Of a DNA stretch of 64,000 nt, positions 8,368 through 17,819 are shown piece by piece. The notes under the pieces were generated by a model. It was not told the DNA's origin and did not search any database. It was given only the letters and a program-made list of their open reading frames with translations. Positions within the stretch are counted from its first letter, which is position 1, and each line of letters opens with the position of its first letter. Made by a program: the position numbers and the translations under genes. The DNA lies in NCBI GenBank assembly GCA_963740895.1, contig CAVUFQ010000004.1, forward strand, positions 286,671 to 350,670, read 5' to 3'. This DNA comes from an uncultured Actinomycetes bacterium (lineage in GTDB: Bacteria > Actinomycetota > Thermoleophilia > Solirubrobacterales > Solirubrobacteraceae).

Positions 8368-9864
8368 ATGACAACCGCCACGATGACCGACCGCAACCGC
8401 TGGATCGCCCTGTACGTCCTGTGCGCGGGCATGCTCATGATCGTCCTCGACGTCACCGTCGTGAACGTCGCGCTGCCCTCGATCCAGGACGACCTCGGCT
8501 TCTCGCAGTCGAGCCTCGCGTGGGTCGTCAACGCGTATCTCATCGCCTTCGGCGGCCTGCTGCTGCTGTCCGGGCGCTTCGGTGACCTGCTCGGCCGCAA
8601 GAGCGTCCTCATGGCCGGACTCAGCCTCTTCACGCTCGCCTCGCTGCTGTGCGGCATCGCCTGGAGCCAGGAGACGCTCGTCGCGGCGCGTTTCATCCAG
8701 GGCATCGGCGGGGCGATGAGCTCCGCCGTCATCCTCGGGATGATCTTCACGATGTTCCCGCAGCCGCGCGACCAGGCGAAGGCGATCGGCGTCTACGGGT
8801 TCGTCGCCTCCGCCGGCGGCTCGATCGGCCTGCTCGCGGGCGGCGTCCTGACGCAGTCGATCAACTACCACTGGATCTTCTTCGTCAACGTCCCGATCGG
8901 GATCGTGACGGCGCTGCTGGCGCAGCGGCTCGTTCCCGGCGACAAGGGCATCGGCCTGCGCCAGGGTGCCGACATCGCGGGTGCGGTGCTCATCACCGCC
9001 TGCCTCATGCTCGCGGTCTACACGATCGTCAAGCCCGCGGCCGAGGACGGCTGGGGCTCGGCGCAGGCGCTCGGGTTGCTGGCCGTGTCGCTCGCGCTGC
9101 TCGCCGCCTTCATCGTGCGCGAGTCGCGGGCCGCGACCCCGCTCGTGCCGCTGCGGATCTTCCGCTCGCGGACGCTGTCGGGCGCGAACGTCGTGCAGGC
9201 GCTGACGGTCGCAGGGATGTTCGGGATGTTCTTCCTCGGCTCGCTGTACCTCCAGCGCGTCCTCGGCTACGACGCGCTGCAGATCGGCCTGGCGTTCCTG
9301 CCGGGGACGCTCATCATGGGCACGATCTCGCTGAAGTTCTCCGAGCCGCTCATGATGCGCTTCGGCGCCAAGCGGTGCCTCATCCCGGGGCTCGTCCTCG
9401 TGGCGATCGGCCTGCTGCTGTTCGCCCGCGCGCCCGTCGACGGCAGCTACCTCGCCGACGTCTTCCCGACCCAGGTGATCATGTCGATCGGCATCGGCGT
9501 CTCGTTCCCGCCGCTCATCGCGCTGGCGATGGCGAGCGCACCGCCGCAGGAGGCGGGCCTGGCCTCGGGCGTCGTCAACACGTCCGCGCAGATCGGCGGC
9601 GCGATCGGCCTCGCCGTCCTGGCCACGGTCTCGGCATCGCGCACCGGCCACCTCGTGGCCGGCGGCCAGTCGGCCGCCGAGGCACTGACGGCCGGCTACC
9701 ACCTCGCGTTCGTCATCGCCGCGGGCCTCGTCCTCGCCGCGCTCGCCGTCGTGGTGCTCGTGCTCGAGTCCCCGCAGCAGCCGGCGGGGCACGGCGCGCC
9801 GGCCGAGAGCGCAGACGAGCTCTCGCCCGCGGCACGCGCCGAGGTGTGCTCCGAGATCGCGTAG
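8368..9864 (+). CDS. MFS transporter, DHA2 (EmrB/QacA, 14-TMS) drug-efflux family
   Basis: RNRWIALYVLCAGMLMIVLDVTVVNVALPSIQDDLGFS... and LSGRFGDLLGRK motifs. ATG 8368 is preceded by GGAGAGGA. Confidence 0.85.
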   Translation: MTTATMTDRNRWIALYVLCAGMLMIVLDVTVVNVALPSIQDDLGFSQSSLAWVVNAYLIAFGGLLLLSGRFGDLLGRKSVLMAGLSLFTLASLLCGIAWSQETLVAARFIQGIGGAMSSAVILGMIFTMFPQPRDQAKAIGVYGFVASAGGSIGLLAGGVLTQSINYHWIFFVNVPIGIVTALLAQRLVPGDKGIGLRQGADIAGAVLITACLMLAVYTIVKPAAEDGWGSAQALGLLAVSLALLAAFIVRESRAATPLVPLRIFRSRTLSGANVVQALTVAGMFGMFFLGSLYLQRVLGYDALQIGLAFLPGTLIMGTISLKFSEPLMMRFGAKRCLIPGLVLVAIGLLLFARAPVDGSYLADVFPTQVIMSIGIGVSFPPLIALAMASAPPQEAGLASGVVNTSAQIGGAIGLAVLATVSASRTGHLVAGGQSAAEALTAGYHLAFVIAAGLVLAALAVVVLVLESPQQPAGHGAPAESADELSPAARAEVCSEIA

Positions 9865-9874
9865 GGCGACGGAC

Positions 9875-9905
9875 GCTGCCGGCGCGGCTCAGGTCCGCCG
9901 GCAGC
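9875..9905. terminator. Hairpin between convergent MFS and CFA-synthase genes
   Basis: GCTGCCGGCG (9875-9884) / CGCCGGCAGC (9896-9905): a perfect 10-bp stem. The loop contains the CFA-synthase stop codon. Confidence 0.35.
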
Positions 9906-11115
9906 GCACCTGGTAGATCGAGGTGAAGCCCGTCTGAAAGCCGCTGCGCGCCGCCCGGAGATACAGCCGCCACACGCGCATGCGCTCGGCGCCCGCCAGG
10001 CGCTCGCCCTCCTCGGCGTTGGCGTCCAGGCGCGTGAGCCAGTGCGTGAGCGTCCGGGCGTAGTGCTCCCGGTAGCCCTCGACGTGCTCGGTCTCGAAGC
10101 CCGCCCGCTCCAGCGCGGTCAGCACGCGCGAGAGCTGCAGCGGCGCGGCGTCGGGGAAGACGTAGCGCTCGGAGAAGCCGCCGGCCTCGCCCTCGCCGTG
10201 GCGCAGGCGCGCGATGCCGTGGTTCAGCAGCCGCCCGCCGGGTTCCAGCAGGCCCGCGAGTTGCGCGGCGTAGAGGTCGATGTTGCGCTCACCGACGTGC
10301 TCGACCATGCCGATGCTCGCGACGGCGTCGAAGCGCTCGCCGCGCAGCTCGCGGTAGTCGGCGACGCGGACCTCGACGCGGTCGGCCACGCCCGCCGCGG
10401 CGGCGCGCTCGCGGGCCCGCCGCGCCTGCGGCTCCGACAGCGTGATGCCGACGACCGACGCGCCGTGCTCGACGGCCGCGTGGAGGACGAAGCTGCCCCA
10501 GCCACAGCCGACGTCGAGCAGCCGTTCCCCGGGCTGGAGCCCGAGCTTCGTGCAGATGACCTCGCGCTTGCGCCACTGCGCGTCCTCGAGCGGCTCGGCG
10601 TCGCTCGACGGATCCGCGAAGACGGCGCAGCTGTAGGTCATCGAGTCGTCGAGGAAGAGCGCGAAGAAATCGTTGGACACGTCGTAGTGGTGGCGGACGG
10701 CGCGGGCGTCGCGCGCGATGCTGTGACGCCTGCCCTTCGGGCGCAGCTCGATCGCCGGCGGTCGCGGCGGGCGCTGCAGGCCGGCGGCGCGCACGGCGGC
10801 CAAAAGGAGCCGGCGCTTGGCCGGCGCGTCGATCGCCGGCGGCTGCCAGTCGCGCAGGAGCTCCAGGACGGCGTCGAGGTCGTCGACCTCGAGCTCGCCG
10901 GAGACATAGGCGCGGCTCAGGCCGAGCTGGCCGGGGGCCATGAGCGCGTGCGCGACGGCGCGCGGCGAACGGGCGCTGAAGACGGGCGGCCTGCCGCCGT
11001 TGGCGGCCGTCGCCGGCAGGGCGCTGCCGTCCCAGAAGTGCAGCTCGAACGGACGCTCGGGGAGCGCAGACTGGAGCTCGTGGCGCAGGGGGGCGGTTGT
11101 GGATCGCAGTGCCAT
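9889..11115 (-). CDS. cfa: Cyclopropane-fatty-acyl-phospholipid synthase family SAM methyltransferase
   Basis: ATG 11115 within track ORF 9889..11508. HHYDVSNDFFALFLDDSMTYSCAVF and LLDVGCGWGSF (SAM motif I), with the C-terminal YLRAARSGFQTG typical of CFA/mycolic-acid cyclopropane synthases. Confidence 0.85.
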   Translation of the reverse strand: MALRSTTAPLRHELQSALPERPFELHFWDGSALPATAANGGRPPVFSARSPRAVAHALMAPGQLGLSRAYVSGELEVDDLDAVLELLRDWQPPAIDAPAKRRLLLAAVRAAGLQRPPRPPAIELRPKGRRHSIARDARAVRHHYDVSNDFFALFLDDSMTYSCAVFADPSSDAEPLEDAQWRKREVICTKLGLQPGERLLDVGCGWGSFVLHAAVEHGASVVGITLSEPQARRARERAAAAGVADRVEVRVADYRELRGERFDAVASIGMVEHVGERNIDLYAAQLAGLLEPGGRLLNHGIARLRHGEGEAGGFSERYVFPDAAPLQLSRVLTALERAGFETEHVEGYREHYARTLTHWLTRLDANAEEGERLAGAERMRVWRLYLRAARSGFQTGFTSIYQVRCRRT

Positions 11116-11138
11116 GGTCAAACGATAGGTTGCTGCGC

Positions 11139-12242
11139 ATGCGGATGCGGGCGGCGGTGCTGGAAAAGTTCGGGCAGCCACTCGTCGTGCAGGAGCTCGA
11201 CCTCGCCGAGCCGCTGGCCGGCGAGGTCCTCGTGCGCCTCGAGGCGTGTGGCGTCTGCCACACCGACATGTACACGGCGTCGGGGGTCGACCCGTCGGGC
11301 TACGCCCCGACGGTCCTCGGCCACGAGGGGGCGGGCGTCGTCGAGCAGGTCGGCGAGGGCGTGCAGTCGCTGGCAGTCGGCGACCACGTCGTGACGCTCT
11401 TCTCGCCGCAGTGCCGCGAGTGCGTCCATTGCCTGAGCCCGAAGACGAACATCTGCCTCGCCATCCGCGATCAGCAGGGCAAGGGCCACCTTCCCGACGG
11501 CACGACACGGCTGTCGCGCGACGGCGAGCCGATCCGCCACTTCATGGGCACGTCGACCTTCGCCGAGTACACCGTCATGCCCGAGATCGCGTTGGCAAAG
11601 GTGCCACGCGAGGCGCCGCTGGACCGCGCCTGCCTGTTCGCCTGCGGCCTCTCGACGGGGCTCGGCGCCGCGATGTACACCGCGAAGGTCGAGGCGGGCT
11701 CGACGTGCGTCGTCTTCGGTGCGGGCATGGTCGGCCTCGGCGCGGTCGCCGGCTGCCGCCTGCAGGGAGCCGAGCGGATCGTCTGCGTCGACCTCTCCGA
11801 CGAGCGTCTCCAGATGGCGCGCCACCAGGGCGCGACCGACCTGCTCGTCGGGGGGCCGGACACCGTCCAGGCGATCCTCGACATGACCGGCGGCTTCGGC
11901 GCCGACTACACGATCGAGGCGACCGGCCTCGTGTCGGTCATGCGCCAGGCGGTCGAGTCGGCGCGGATGGGCTGGGGCCTGGCGACGATGTGCGGCGTCG
12001 CCGGAAAGGGCGAGACGCTCGACGTGATCCCGCGCTACCTCATCACCGGCCGGCGCGTCGCGGGGTCGTCGTTCGGCGGCGTCAAGGGCCGCGACCAGGT
12101 GCCGCTGCTCGTCCAGCGCTACCTCGACGGCGACATCGACGTCGACGCGTTCCTCTCGCATCGCATCTCCCTCGACGAGGTCAACAAGGGCTTCGAGCTC
12201 ATGGAGGCCCAGGACGGCATCCGCAGCGTCATCGGGTTCTGA
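11139..12242 (+). CDS. Class III Zn-dependent alcohol dehydrogenase / S-(hydroxymethyl)mycothiol dehydrogenase-like
   Basis: ACGVCHTD, GHEGAGVV, CRECVHCLSPKTNIC (structural Zn site) and a GAGMVGLG Rossmann motif. Confidence 0.85.
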   Translation: MRMRAAVLEKFGQPLVVQELDLAEPLAGEVLVRLEACGVCHTDMYTASGVDPSGYAPTVLGHEGAGVVEQVGEGVQSLAVGDHVVTLFSPQCRECVHCLSPKTNICLAIRDQQGKGHLPDGTTRLSRDGEPIRHFMGTSTFAEYTVMPEIALAKVPREAPLDRACLFACGLSTGLGAAMYTAKVEAGSTCVVFGAGMVGLGAVAGCRLQGAERIVCVDLSDERLQMARHQGATDLLVGGPDTVQAILDMTGGFGADYTIEATGLVSVMRQAVESARMGWGLATMCGVAGKGETLDVIPRYLITGRRVAGSSFGGVKGRDQVPLLVQRYLDGDIDVDAFLSHRISLDEVNKGFELMEAQDGIRSVIGF

Positions 12243-12260
12243 TCGCCGGGAGCCGATGGC

Positions 12261-13127
12261 TCACCGCGCGGCGCGGATCTCGACGCGGCCATTGCGCTCG
12301 CGCGCGTCGAACACGGGCTGCGGATAGGCCGACGGCCCGCGCGCCAGCGAGCCGTCCGCGAGGCGGTAGCGCGCGCCGTGCAGCGGGCACTCGATGCAGT
12401 CGCCGCGCAGTTCGCCCTCGTGCAGCGCCCCGCCGCGGTGGCTGCAGCGATCGGCGAGCGCGTGGATCGTCCCGTTGCGCCGCACGAGCAGGACCTCGAC
12501 GTCGCCGACGGTCGCCGCCGTCGGCCGGTCGGCGACGAGCATGCTCGCGTCGAGCGCCGGGGTCCAGTCCTCGGGCCCGTTCTCGAAGGCCGTCTGGTCG
12601 ACGCCGATCCCGCGGGCGAACGCGAGGTCGCCGCCGAGCCACCCGCCCGCTCCGACAGCGCCCGCGCCGGCGAGGCCGAGGAGGACGCCGGCGCCGTGGG
12701 CGCCGCGGCGGCGGGCGAGCAGCGACGCGCCGTAGAGGCCGGCGGCCGTGCCGTTGGCGATCGCGTGGACGAGACCGATGCGGCGCACGGCGTCGTCGTC
12801 GGGCTCGCTGTCGGCCCAGTCCGACCAGCCCGTCCAGGCCGTCGGCCCGGCGGCGAGCAGGCCGGTCGCGATCAGGCGCCTGGCCGCCGGGCGGCTCGCC
12901 TCGCCGCCGACGAGATCGAGGATCGTCGCGCTCGTCCAGGTCCCGACCGGCACGTCGGTCAGCAGCGGGTGCAGCGCGTGACCGAGCCAGGAGCCGCTCA
13001 GCGCGTCCTTCAGCGCGCCGGGTGGCAGGATGTCGCGGATCTTGCCCGCGATCGCGCTCGCGGGACGGTCGAGGCCGGCGAGCGAGCCGATGCGCTCGCT
13101 CAGTGCATGTGCGCTGGGGCGTCCCAT
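12261..13127 (-). CDS. Membrane (DUF2231-like) domain fused to a C-terminal Rieske [2Fe-2S] domain
   Basis: ATG 13127 within track ORF 12261..14318. Rieske ligands CSHRGGAL and CPLHGARY; the N-terminal half is hydrophobic (HPLLTDVPVGTW...). Confidence 0.75.
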   Translation of the reverse strand: MGRPSAHALSERIGSLAGLDRPASAIAGKIRDILPPGALKDALSGSWLGHALHPLLTDVPVGTWTSATILDLVGGEASRPAARRLIATGLLAAGPTAWTGWSDWADSEPDDDAVRRIGLVHAIANGTAAGLYGASLLARRRGAHGAGVLLGLAGAGAVGAGGWLGGDLAFARGIGVDQTAFENGPEDWTPALDASMLVADRPTAATVGDVEVLLVRRNGTIHALADRCSHRGGALHEGELRGDCIECPLHGARYRLADGSLARGPSAYPQPVFDARERNGRVEIRAAR

Positions 13128-13208
13128 CGGCGCCCCTCTTTCCCGGCGGGGCGCCCGCCCCAAACCTCGGCATCCGGTCGCGGCCCGGCCCGCGTTAGCC
13201 TCAGCGCT

Positions 13209-14387
13209 GTGCTGCGCTGCGCTGACGAACAGCGGCGGGCGCGTCTTGCGCCCCGCCACCACCTGGCCCCGGCGGCCCGCGGCGACGATGTCGTCGCGCT
13301 CGCCGGCGATCTCGTCGGCCTGCACGCGTCGGACCCCGCGTCGATCGTGCTCGCCGCCGAGGCGCGCATGCGAGGCCCGGCGCGTGCCGCGCTCGAGGAT
13401 GCGCTCTATGGCGAGCGCTCGCTCGTCCGGATGATCGGCATGCGGCGCACGATGTTCGTCGTGCCCGTGGCGCTGGCGGCGGTCGTCCACGCCTCCAGCA
13501 CGCGCGGCCTCGTCCCCGGCGAGCGCCGGCGCTTCATCGCGCAGATCGAAGGCGGCGGGGTCACGGACGACGGCGCCGGCTGGCTCGCCGCGACCGAGGC
13601 GGCGACGCTCGCTGCGCTCGTGCGGCGCGGCGAGGCCTCGACCGCCGAGCTCTCGGCCGACGTGCCGGCGCTGCGCGCGAAGATCACCGTCGCGCCCGGC
13701 AGGGCCCATGGCGGCAGCCAGGGCGTCGCCTGGAAGGTCCTCTTCCTCCTCGCCGCAGAGGGCCACATCGTCCGTGGGCGCCCGCTGGGCTCCTGGGTGA
13801 GCACGATGCATCGCTGGGCACCGATGCGCGGCTGGCTGCCGGACGGGATCGCCGACCTCGACACCGACGCGGCCGCCGCCGACCTCGTGCGCCGCTGGCT
13901 GGCGGCGTTCGGCCCGGGCACGATGGCCGACCTGAAGTGGTGGACGGGCTGGACCGCAGGCCTGCTCAGGCGCGCGCTCGCGCAGGTCGACACCGCCGAG
14001 GTCGCGCTCGAGGGCGGCGCGACGGGGCTCGTCCTCGCCGGTGACGAAGGGCCGGTGCAGGCGCCCGCGCCGTGGGCCGCGCTGCTCCCGGGCCTGGACC
14101 CGACGGCGATGGGCTGGAAGGAGCGCGACTGGTACCTGGGCGCGCACCGCGAGCCGCTCTTCGATCGCACCGGCAACATCGGGCCGACGGTCTGGTGGGA
14201 GGGGCGCATCGTCGGCGGCTGGGCGCAGCGCGGCGACGGCGAGATCGTCGCCCGGCTGCTCGAGGACCCCGGCGCCGACGCCGTCGCCGCGATCGACGCC
14301 GAGATCGCGCGGCTGCACGCACGGCTCGGCGAGCTGCGCGTCACGCCGCGCTTTCGCACCCCGCTGGAACGCGAGCTCGCCGCATGA
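13209..14387 (+). CDS. Winged-helix DNA-binding protein, YcaQ/DUF1006 family (interstrand-crosslink DNA glycosylase family)
   Basis: GTG 13209, in frame with the tail of track ORF 12378..14387. ...RSLVRMIGMRRTMFVVP..., WWTGWT and GNIGPTVWWEGRIVGGW resemble YcaQ-family proteins. The first 277 codons of the track ORF are antisense to the Rieske gene. Confidence 0.65.
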   Translation: MLRCADEQRRARLAPRHHLAPAARGDDVVALAGDLVGLHASDPASIVLAAEARMRGPARAALEDALYGERSLVRMIGMRRTMFVVPVALAAVVHASSTRGLVPGERRRFIAQIEGGGVTDDGAGWLAATEAATLAALVRRGEASTAELSADVPALRAKITVAPGRAHGGSQGVAWKVLFLLAAEGHIVRGRPLGSWVSTMHRWAPMRGWLPDGIADLDTDAAAADLVRRWLAAFGPGTMADLKWWTGWTAGLLRRALAQVDTAEVALEGGATGLVLAGDEGPVQAPAPWAALLPGLDPTAMGWKERDWYLGAHREPLFDRTGNIGPTVWWEGRIVGGWAQRGDGEIVARLLEDPGADAVAAIDAEIARLHARLGELRVTPRFRTPLERELAA

Positions 14388-15322
14388 GCTCGAGGCCGGG
14401 CCCGGGCGGCGGTGGGCCGATGCGCGCCGCGCCCGTCCTGCGTCCCGGCAGCGCCGCCGACTCGCGCGCCTGCTTCGGCGTCTTCCGCCGGTCGCTCGGG
14501 GACTTCATGCACCGCACCGGGCATCCCGCGGCCGGCGCGATGCCCGTCGCCGATGAGCTCTGGCCCGCATACGAAGGCCTCTTCGCCCATCTCGCTGCCA
14601 CCTGCGCGCAGTGGTGGATCGCCGAGGACGGCGACGGGCGCATGGCCGGTTACGCGCGCAGCACGCTGCGCGGCGATGTCCTCGAGCTGACGGAGTTCTT
14701 CGTCGCGCCCGAGCTGCGCGTCCGGGGCGTCGGCCGGGCGCTGCTGGAGCGGGCGTTCGCCCCCGGCCTCGGGACGCATCGCGCGATCATCGCGACGGTC
14801 GACGCGCCCGCGGTCGCCCTGTACCTGCGCTTCGGCGTGCGCCACCAGGCCAGCGGCGCCGACTTCAGCGCCTGCCCGCGGCCCGTGGCCCCGCCCGCCG
14901 GGGTGCAGACCGAGGCGGCGACGCTCGACGAGCTGGTCGCGCTCGAGCAGCAGCTGCTCGGGCACGGGCGCCGCGAGGACCTGGCGTTCATGCTGCGCGA
15001 CCGGCCGGCGGTCGTGCTGCGCCGTGACGGGCGCCAGATCGGATACGCGTTTCTCGCGAACTCGGACGGCTACGCCGGGCCGATCGCGGCGCTGGACCCC
15101 GCCGACCTGCCGGCCGCGCTCGCGCACGTCGAGGACGCCGCGGCCGCGGCCGGGATCGAGCGCCTCGACCTCACGGTCCCGCTCGCGGCGCAGACGGCGG
15201 TCGACTGGCTGCTCGGCGAGCGCGGCTTCCGGATCGACCCCTTCTACTGCCTGTTCCTCGCCGACGGCCCGTGGGCGCGCCTGGACCGCTATTTACCGTT
15301 CAATCCGTGTCTCATGCTGTAG
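14384..15322 (+). CDS. GNAT-family N-acetyltransferase
   Basis: ATGA overlap with the preceding stop. ELTEFFVAPELRVRGVGRALLERAF is a GNAT motif A-like segment. Confidence 0.6.
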   Translation: MSSRPGPGGGGPMRAAPVLRPGSAADSRACFGVFRRSLGDFMHRTGHPAAGAMPVADELWPAYEGLFAHLAATCAQWWIAEDGDGRMAGYARSTLRGDVLELTEFFVAPELRVRGVGRALLERAFAPGLGTHRAIIATVDAPAVALYLRFGVRHQASGADFSACPRPVAPPAGVQTEAATLDELVALEQQLLGHGRREDLAFMLRDRPAVVLRRDGRQIGYAFLANSDGYAGPIAALDPADLPAALAHVEDAAAAAGIERLDLTVPLAAQTAVDWLLGERGFRIDPFYCLFLADGPWARLDRYLPFNPCLML

Positions 15323-15361
15323 TTGCGCGACGACACCGACGACGCGGTACGCTCGCCACCT

Positions 15362-15622
15362 ATGTCGATCAAGATGACCGGTCGCTACGAGCCGGGATCC
15401 GACAAGGAACGGGCGCACAAGCTCCTGGTGGAGCACGAGGTGAAGGTCGATCACGTCTACGGCGTCGACCTGCAGCCGTCGGGCATGGAGGAGATCACCT
15501 TCACGTTCAACGGCAAGGCGCAGACGGCGTTCGCCGAGAACGAGAACGTCGTGCACGTCACCGACGGCTGGGACGTCCTGCCGCCGAAGTCCGGCGCCCC
15601 GGTCTGGCGCGGGGCCTCGTAG
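15362..15622 (+). CDS. Hypothetical small protein (86 aa)
   Basis: ATG 15362: MSIKMTGRYEPGSDKERAHKLLVEHEVKVDHVYGVDLQ... Lys/Glu-containing, non-shadow composition. No motif recognised. Confidence 0.4.
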   Translation: MSIKMTGRYEPGSDKERAHKLLVEHEVKVDHVYGVDLQPSGMEEITFTFNGKAQTAFAENENVVHVTDGWDVLPPKSGAPVWRGAS

Positions 15623-15635
15623 GTCGGCTGGGCGC

Positions 15636-16583
15636 CTACAGGCTCGCCGGTTCCAGCGGGCGCCCGGCGGCGTCGGCCGGCAGCTGCGGCGGCGACGCGC
15701 CCGCGCAGGCGACGGTCCGTGCCGCGACGGCGGCCGCGAAGCGCGCGCCCGCGACGACGAGCTCGTGCTGCGCGAGCTCGTCGCGGCCCAGGCCGTGCGA
15801 CGTCCACCAGGCGAGGAAGCCGCCGCCGAACGCGTCGCCGGCGCCGATCGTGTCGACGACCTCGGTCGGCACCGGCGCGATCGGCGTGTCCGCGTCGCGG
15901 GTGATCGCCGTCGCGCCCTCCGAGCCGCGCGTGAGCAGCACCGCGCGCGGACCGTGGTCGAGCATCGCGCGCGCAGCGGCCGCGCGCGAGCGGCCGGGAT
16001 CGAGCCAGGCGAGGTCCTCCTCGCTGACCTTCACGAGGTCGCTGTGGGCCAGCACGCGCCGCAGGCGCGCGCGGTAGGCCCCGGGATCGTCGATGACGTC
16101 CGTACGGACGTTGGGGTCGACGACGACCATCGCCTCGCCCGCCAGCCGCTGCACCACCGCCTCGATCGCCGTCGCCAGGGGCTCGAGCACGAGCCCGAGC
16201 GTCCCGACGTGCAGCGCGGCGACCCGCGCGGGCAGCGCGGCGAGCGCGTCGGCAGGCTCGAGCCCGGCGGCGGCCGTGCCGGTCGCGTAGAAGCTCCAGC
16301 TCGCGGCGCCGGTCGCGTCGAGGCTCGCCAGCGCGAGCGTCGTCGGGTCCGCGGTGCGCGTGACGCAGGTCAGGTCGACGCCGTCGGCCGCGAGCAGCTC
16401 CTCGTGCGTCGCGCCGAGGCGGTCGCGCGACAGGCGGCCGAGGTAGGCGACGGGCCGGCGCAGGCGGCCGATCGCGCGGGCGGTGTTGAACGGCCCGCCA
16501 CCGGGGTGGCCGCTGACGGCGCCGGCGGCGTCGGCGACGAGGTCGTAGAGCGCCTCGCCGGCGACGAGGATCGGCGCGCTCAC
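15636..16583 (-). CDS. PfkB-family carbohydrate kinase (fructokinase-like)
   Basis: GGGPFNTA near the N-terminus and DTIGAGDAFGGGF (PfkB signature 2). 4-nt overlap with the LacI gene. Confidence 0.85.
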   Translation of the reverse strand: MSAPILVAGEALYDLVADAAGAVSGHPGGGPFNTARAIGRLRRPVAYLGRLSRDRLGATHEELLAADGVDLTCVTRTADPTTLALASLDATGAASWSFYATGTAAAGLEPADALAALPARVAALHVGTLGLVLEPLATAIEAVVQRLAGEAMVVVDPNVRTDVIDDPGAYRARLRRVLAHSDLVKVSEEDLAWLDPGRSRAAAARAMLDHGPRAVLLTRGSEGATAITRDADTPIAPVPTEVVDTIGAGDAFGGGFLAWWTSHGLGRDELAQHELVVAGARFAAAVAARTVACAGASPPQLPADAAGRPLEPASL

Positions 16584-17644
16584 GAGACCGGCGCCGGTAG
16601 CTCGCCCGAGCCGCGTGCGATCAGCCGCGGGTCGAGGACGATCTCCTGCGACGGCCCGTCGAAGCCGTCGAGGCGGGAGAAGAGCAGCCCGGCGGCGGCG
16701 CGGCCGAGCCCGTGCGGATCCTGGGCGACGACCGTCAGGCCGGGCTCGACGACGTCGGCGAGGGCGACGTCGTCGAAGCCGACGAGCGCGACGCGGTGCT
16801 GGAGGCCGAGGTCGTGGATCGCGCGCACCGCGTCGATCGTGATGAGGTTCTGGCTCGTGAACACGGCCGTCGGCGGTGCCGGGCCGAGCAGCAGATCGCG
16901 GGTCGTGTCGTAGGCGTCGGCCGCGCGGTCGAGCGTGTGGCGCACGAGCGCCGGGTCGGCCGGCAGGTCGAGGCGCTCGAGCGCCTCGCGGAAGCCGCGC
17001 AGGCGCTCGCCGGCCGTGTAGAGCGCGGGGCGGTCGCCGAGGAAGCCGATCCGCTCGTGGCCGGCGGCGGCGAGGTGCGAGACCGCGAGCGCGGCGCCCC
17101 CGGCGTTGTCGGTGAGGACGGCGTCGGCGTCGATGAAGCGCCCGGGGCGGTCGACGAAGACGATCGCCATGCCCGCCGCGCGGTCGCGCAGCAGGAAGCC
17201 GTGGTCGCTGCCCGCGGGGGCGATGATCAGGCCGTCGACCCCGCGCGCGCCGAAGGCCTCGGTGAGCTGGCGCTCGCGCGCGGGCAGCTCGTCGGAGCTG
17301 CCGGCGAACGTCAGGACGCCGCGCTCGCGGGCGACGTCCTCGATGCCGCGGTGGACGGCGGCGAAGAACGGGTTGGCGATGTCCTCGACGACGACGCCGA
17401 TGCTCGCCGACATGCCGTCGGCGCGGCGCAGCGCGCTGGCGCTGACGTTGTGGCGGTAGCCGAGCGCGCCGACGGCCTCGCGGACGCGCCCGGCGAGCTC
17501 GGCGTTGACGGAGGGATCGGCGTTGACGACGCGCGACACGGTCGCGAGGCTTACGCCCGCGAGCGCGGCGACCTGCTTCATCGTCGCGCGCCGGCCGGCG
17601 CGCGGCACGGCTGCTTCAGAAATCGTTTCGTTTGCGGCGTCCAT
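16580..17644 (-). CDS. LacI-family transcriptional regulator
   Basis: ATG 17644. HTH ATMKQVAALAGVSLATVSRVVN followed by a periplasmic-binding-protein-like core. Confidence 0.85.
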   Translation of the reverse strand: MDAANETISEAAVPRAGRRATMKQVAALAGVSLATVSRVVNADPSVNAELAGRVREAVGALGYRHNVSASALRRADGMSASIGVVVEDIANPFFAAVHRGIEDVARERGVLTFAGSSDELPARERQLTEAFGARGVDGLIIAPAGSDHGFLLRDRAAGMAIVFVDRPGRFIDADAVLTDNAGGAALAVSHLAAAGHERIGFLGDRPALYTAGERLRGFREALERLDLPADPALVRHTLDRAADAYDTTRDLLLGPAPPTAVFTSQNLITIDAVRAIHDLGLQHRVALVGFDDVALADVVEPGLTVVAQDPHGLGRAAAGLLFSRLDGFDGPSQEIVLDPRLIARGSGELPAPVS

Positions 17645-17694
17645 CGTCAAACCCCTGTCTTTGCTGGGCTTGCCGTAGCCTAGCAGGAAATCTA

Positions 17695-17762
17695 GGAAAC
17701 GTATTCTCTTGACAACTCCAGGCGGTGGGGGTACTGTCGCGGCAGGTCGTGAAAACGTTTCC
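17695..17762 (+). promoter_or_regulatory. Candidate promoter and two LacI-type operator sites for the sugar ABC operon
   Basis: TTGACA (17709-17714), a 17-nt spacer, then TACTGT (17732-17737). Near-palindrome GAAAACGTTTCC (17751-17762) lies downstream, and the related GGAAACGTATTC (17695-17706) abuts the -35. Confidence 0.45.
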
Positions 17763-17819
17763 TCGGCTGAGAGGGGCCGAGGGGCACATCCCACTAACGG
17801 GAAGGGTCGAGGGATCACC

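Noticed and set aside
12378-13208. N-terminal 277 codons of track ORF 12378..14387
   Set aside because: They are antisense to the Rieske/DUF2231 gene. The YcaQ-like similarity begins only after GTG 13209.
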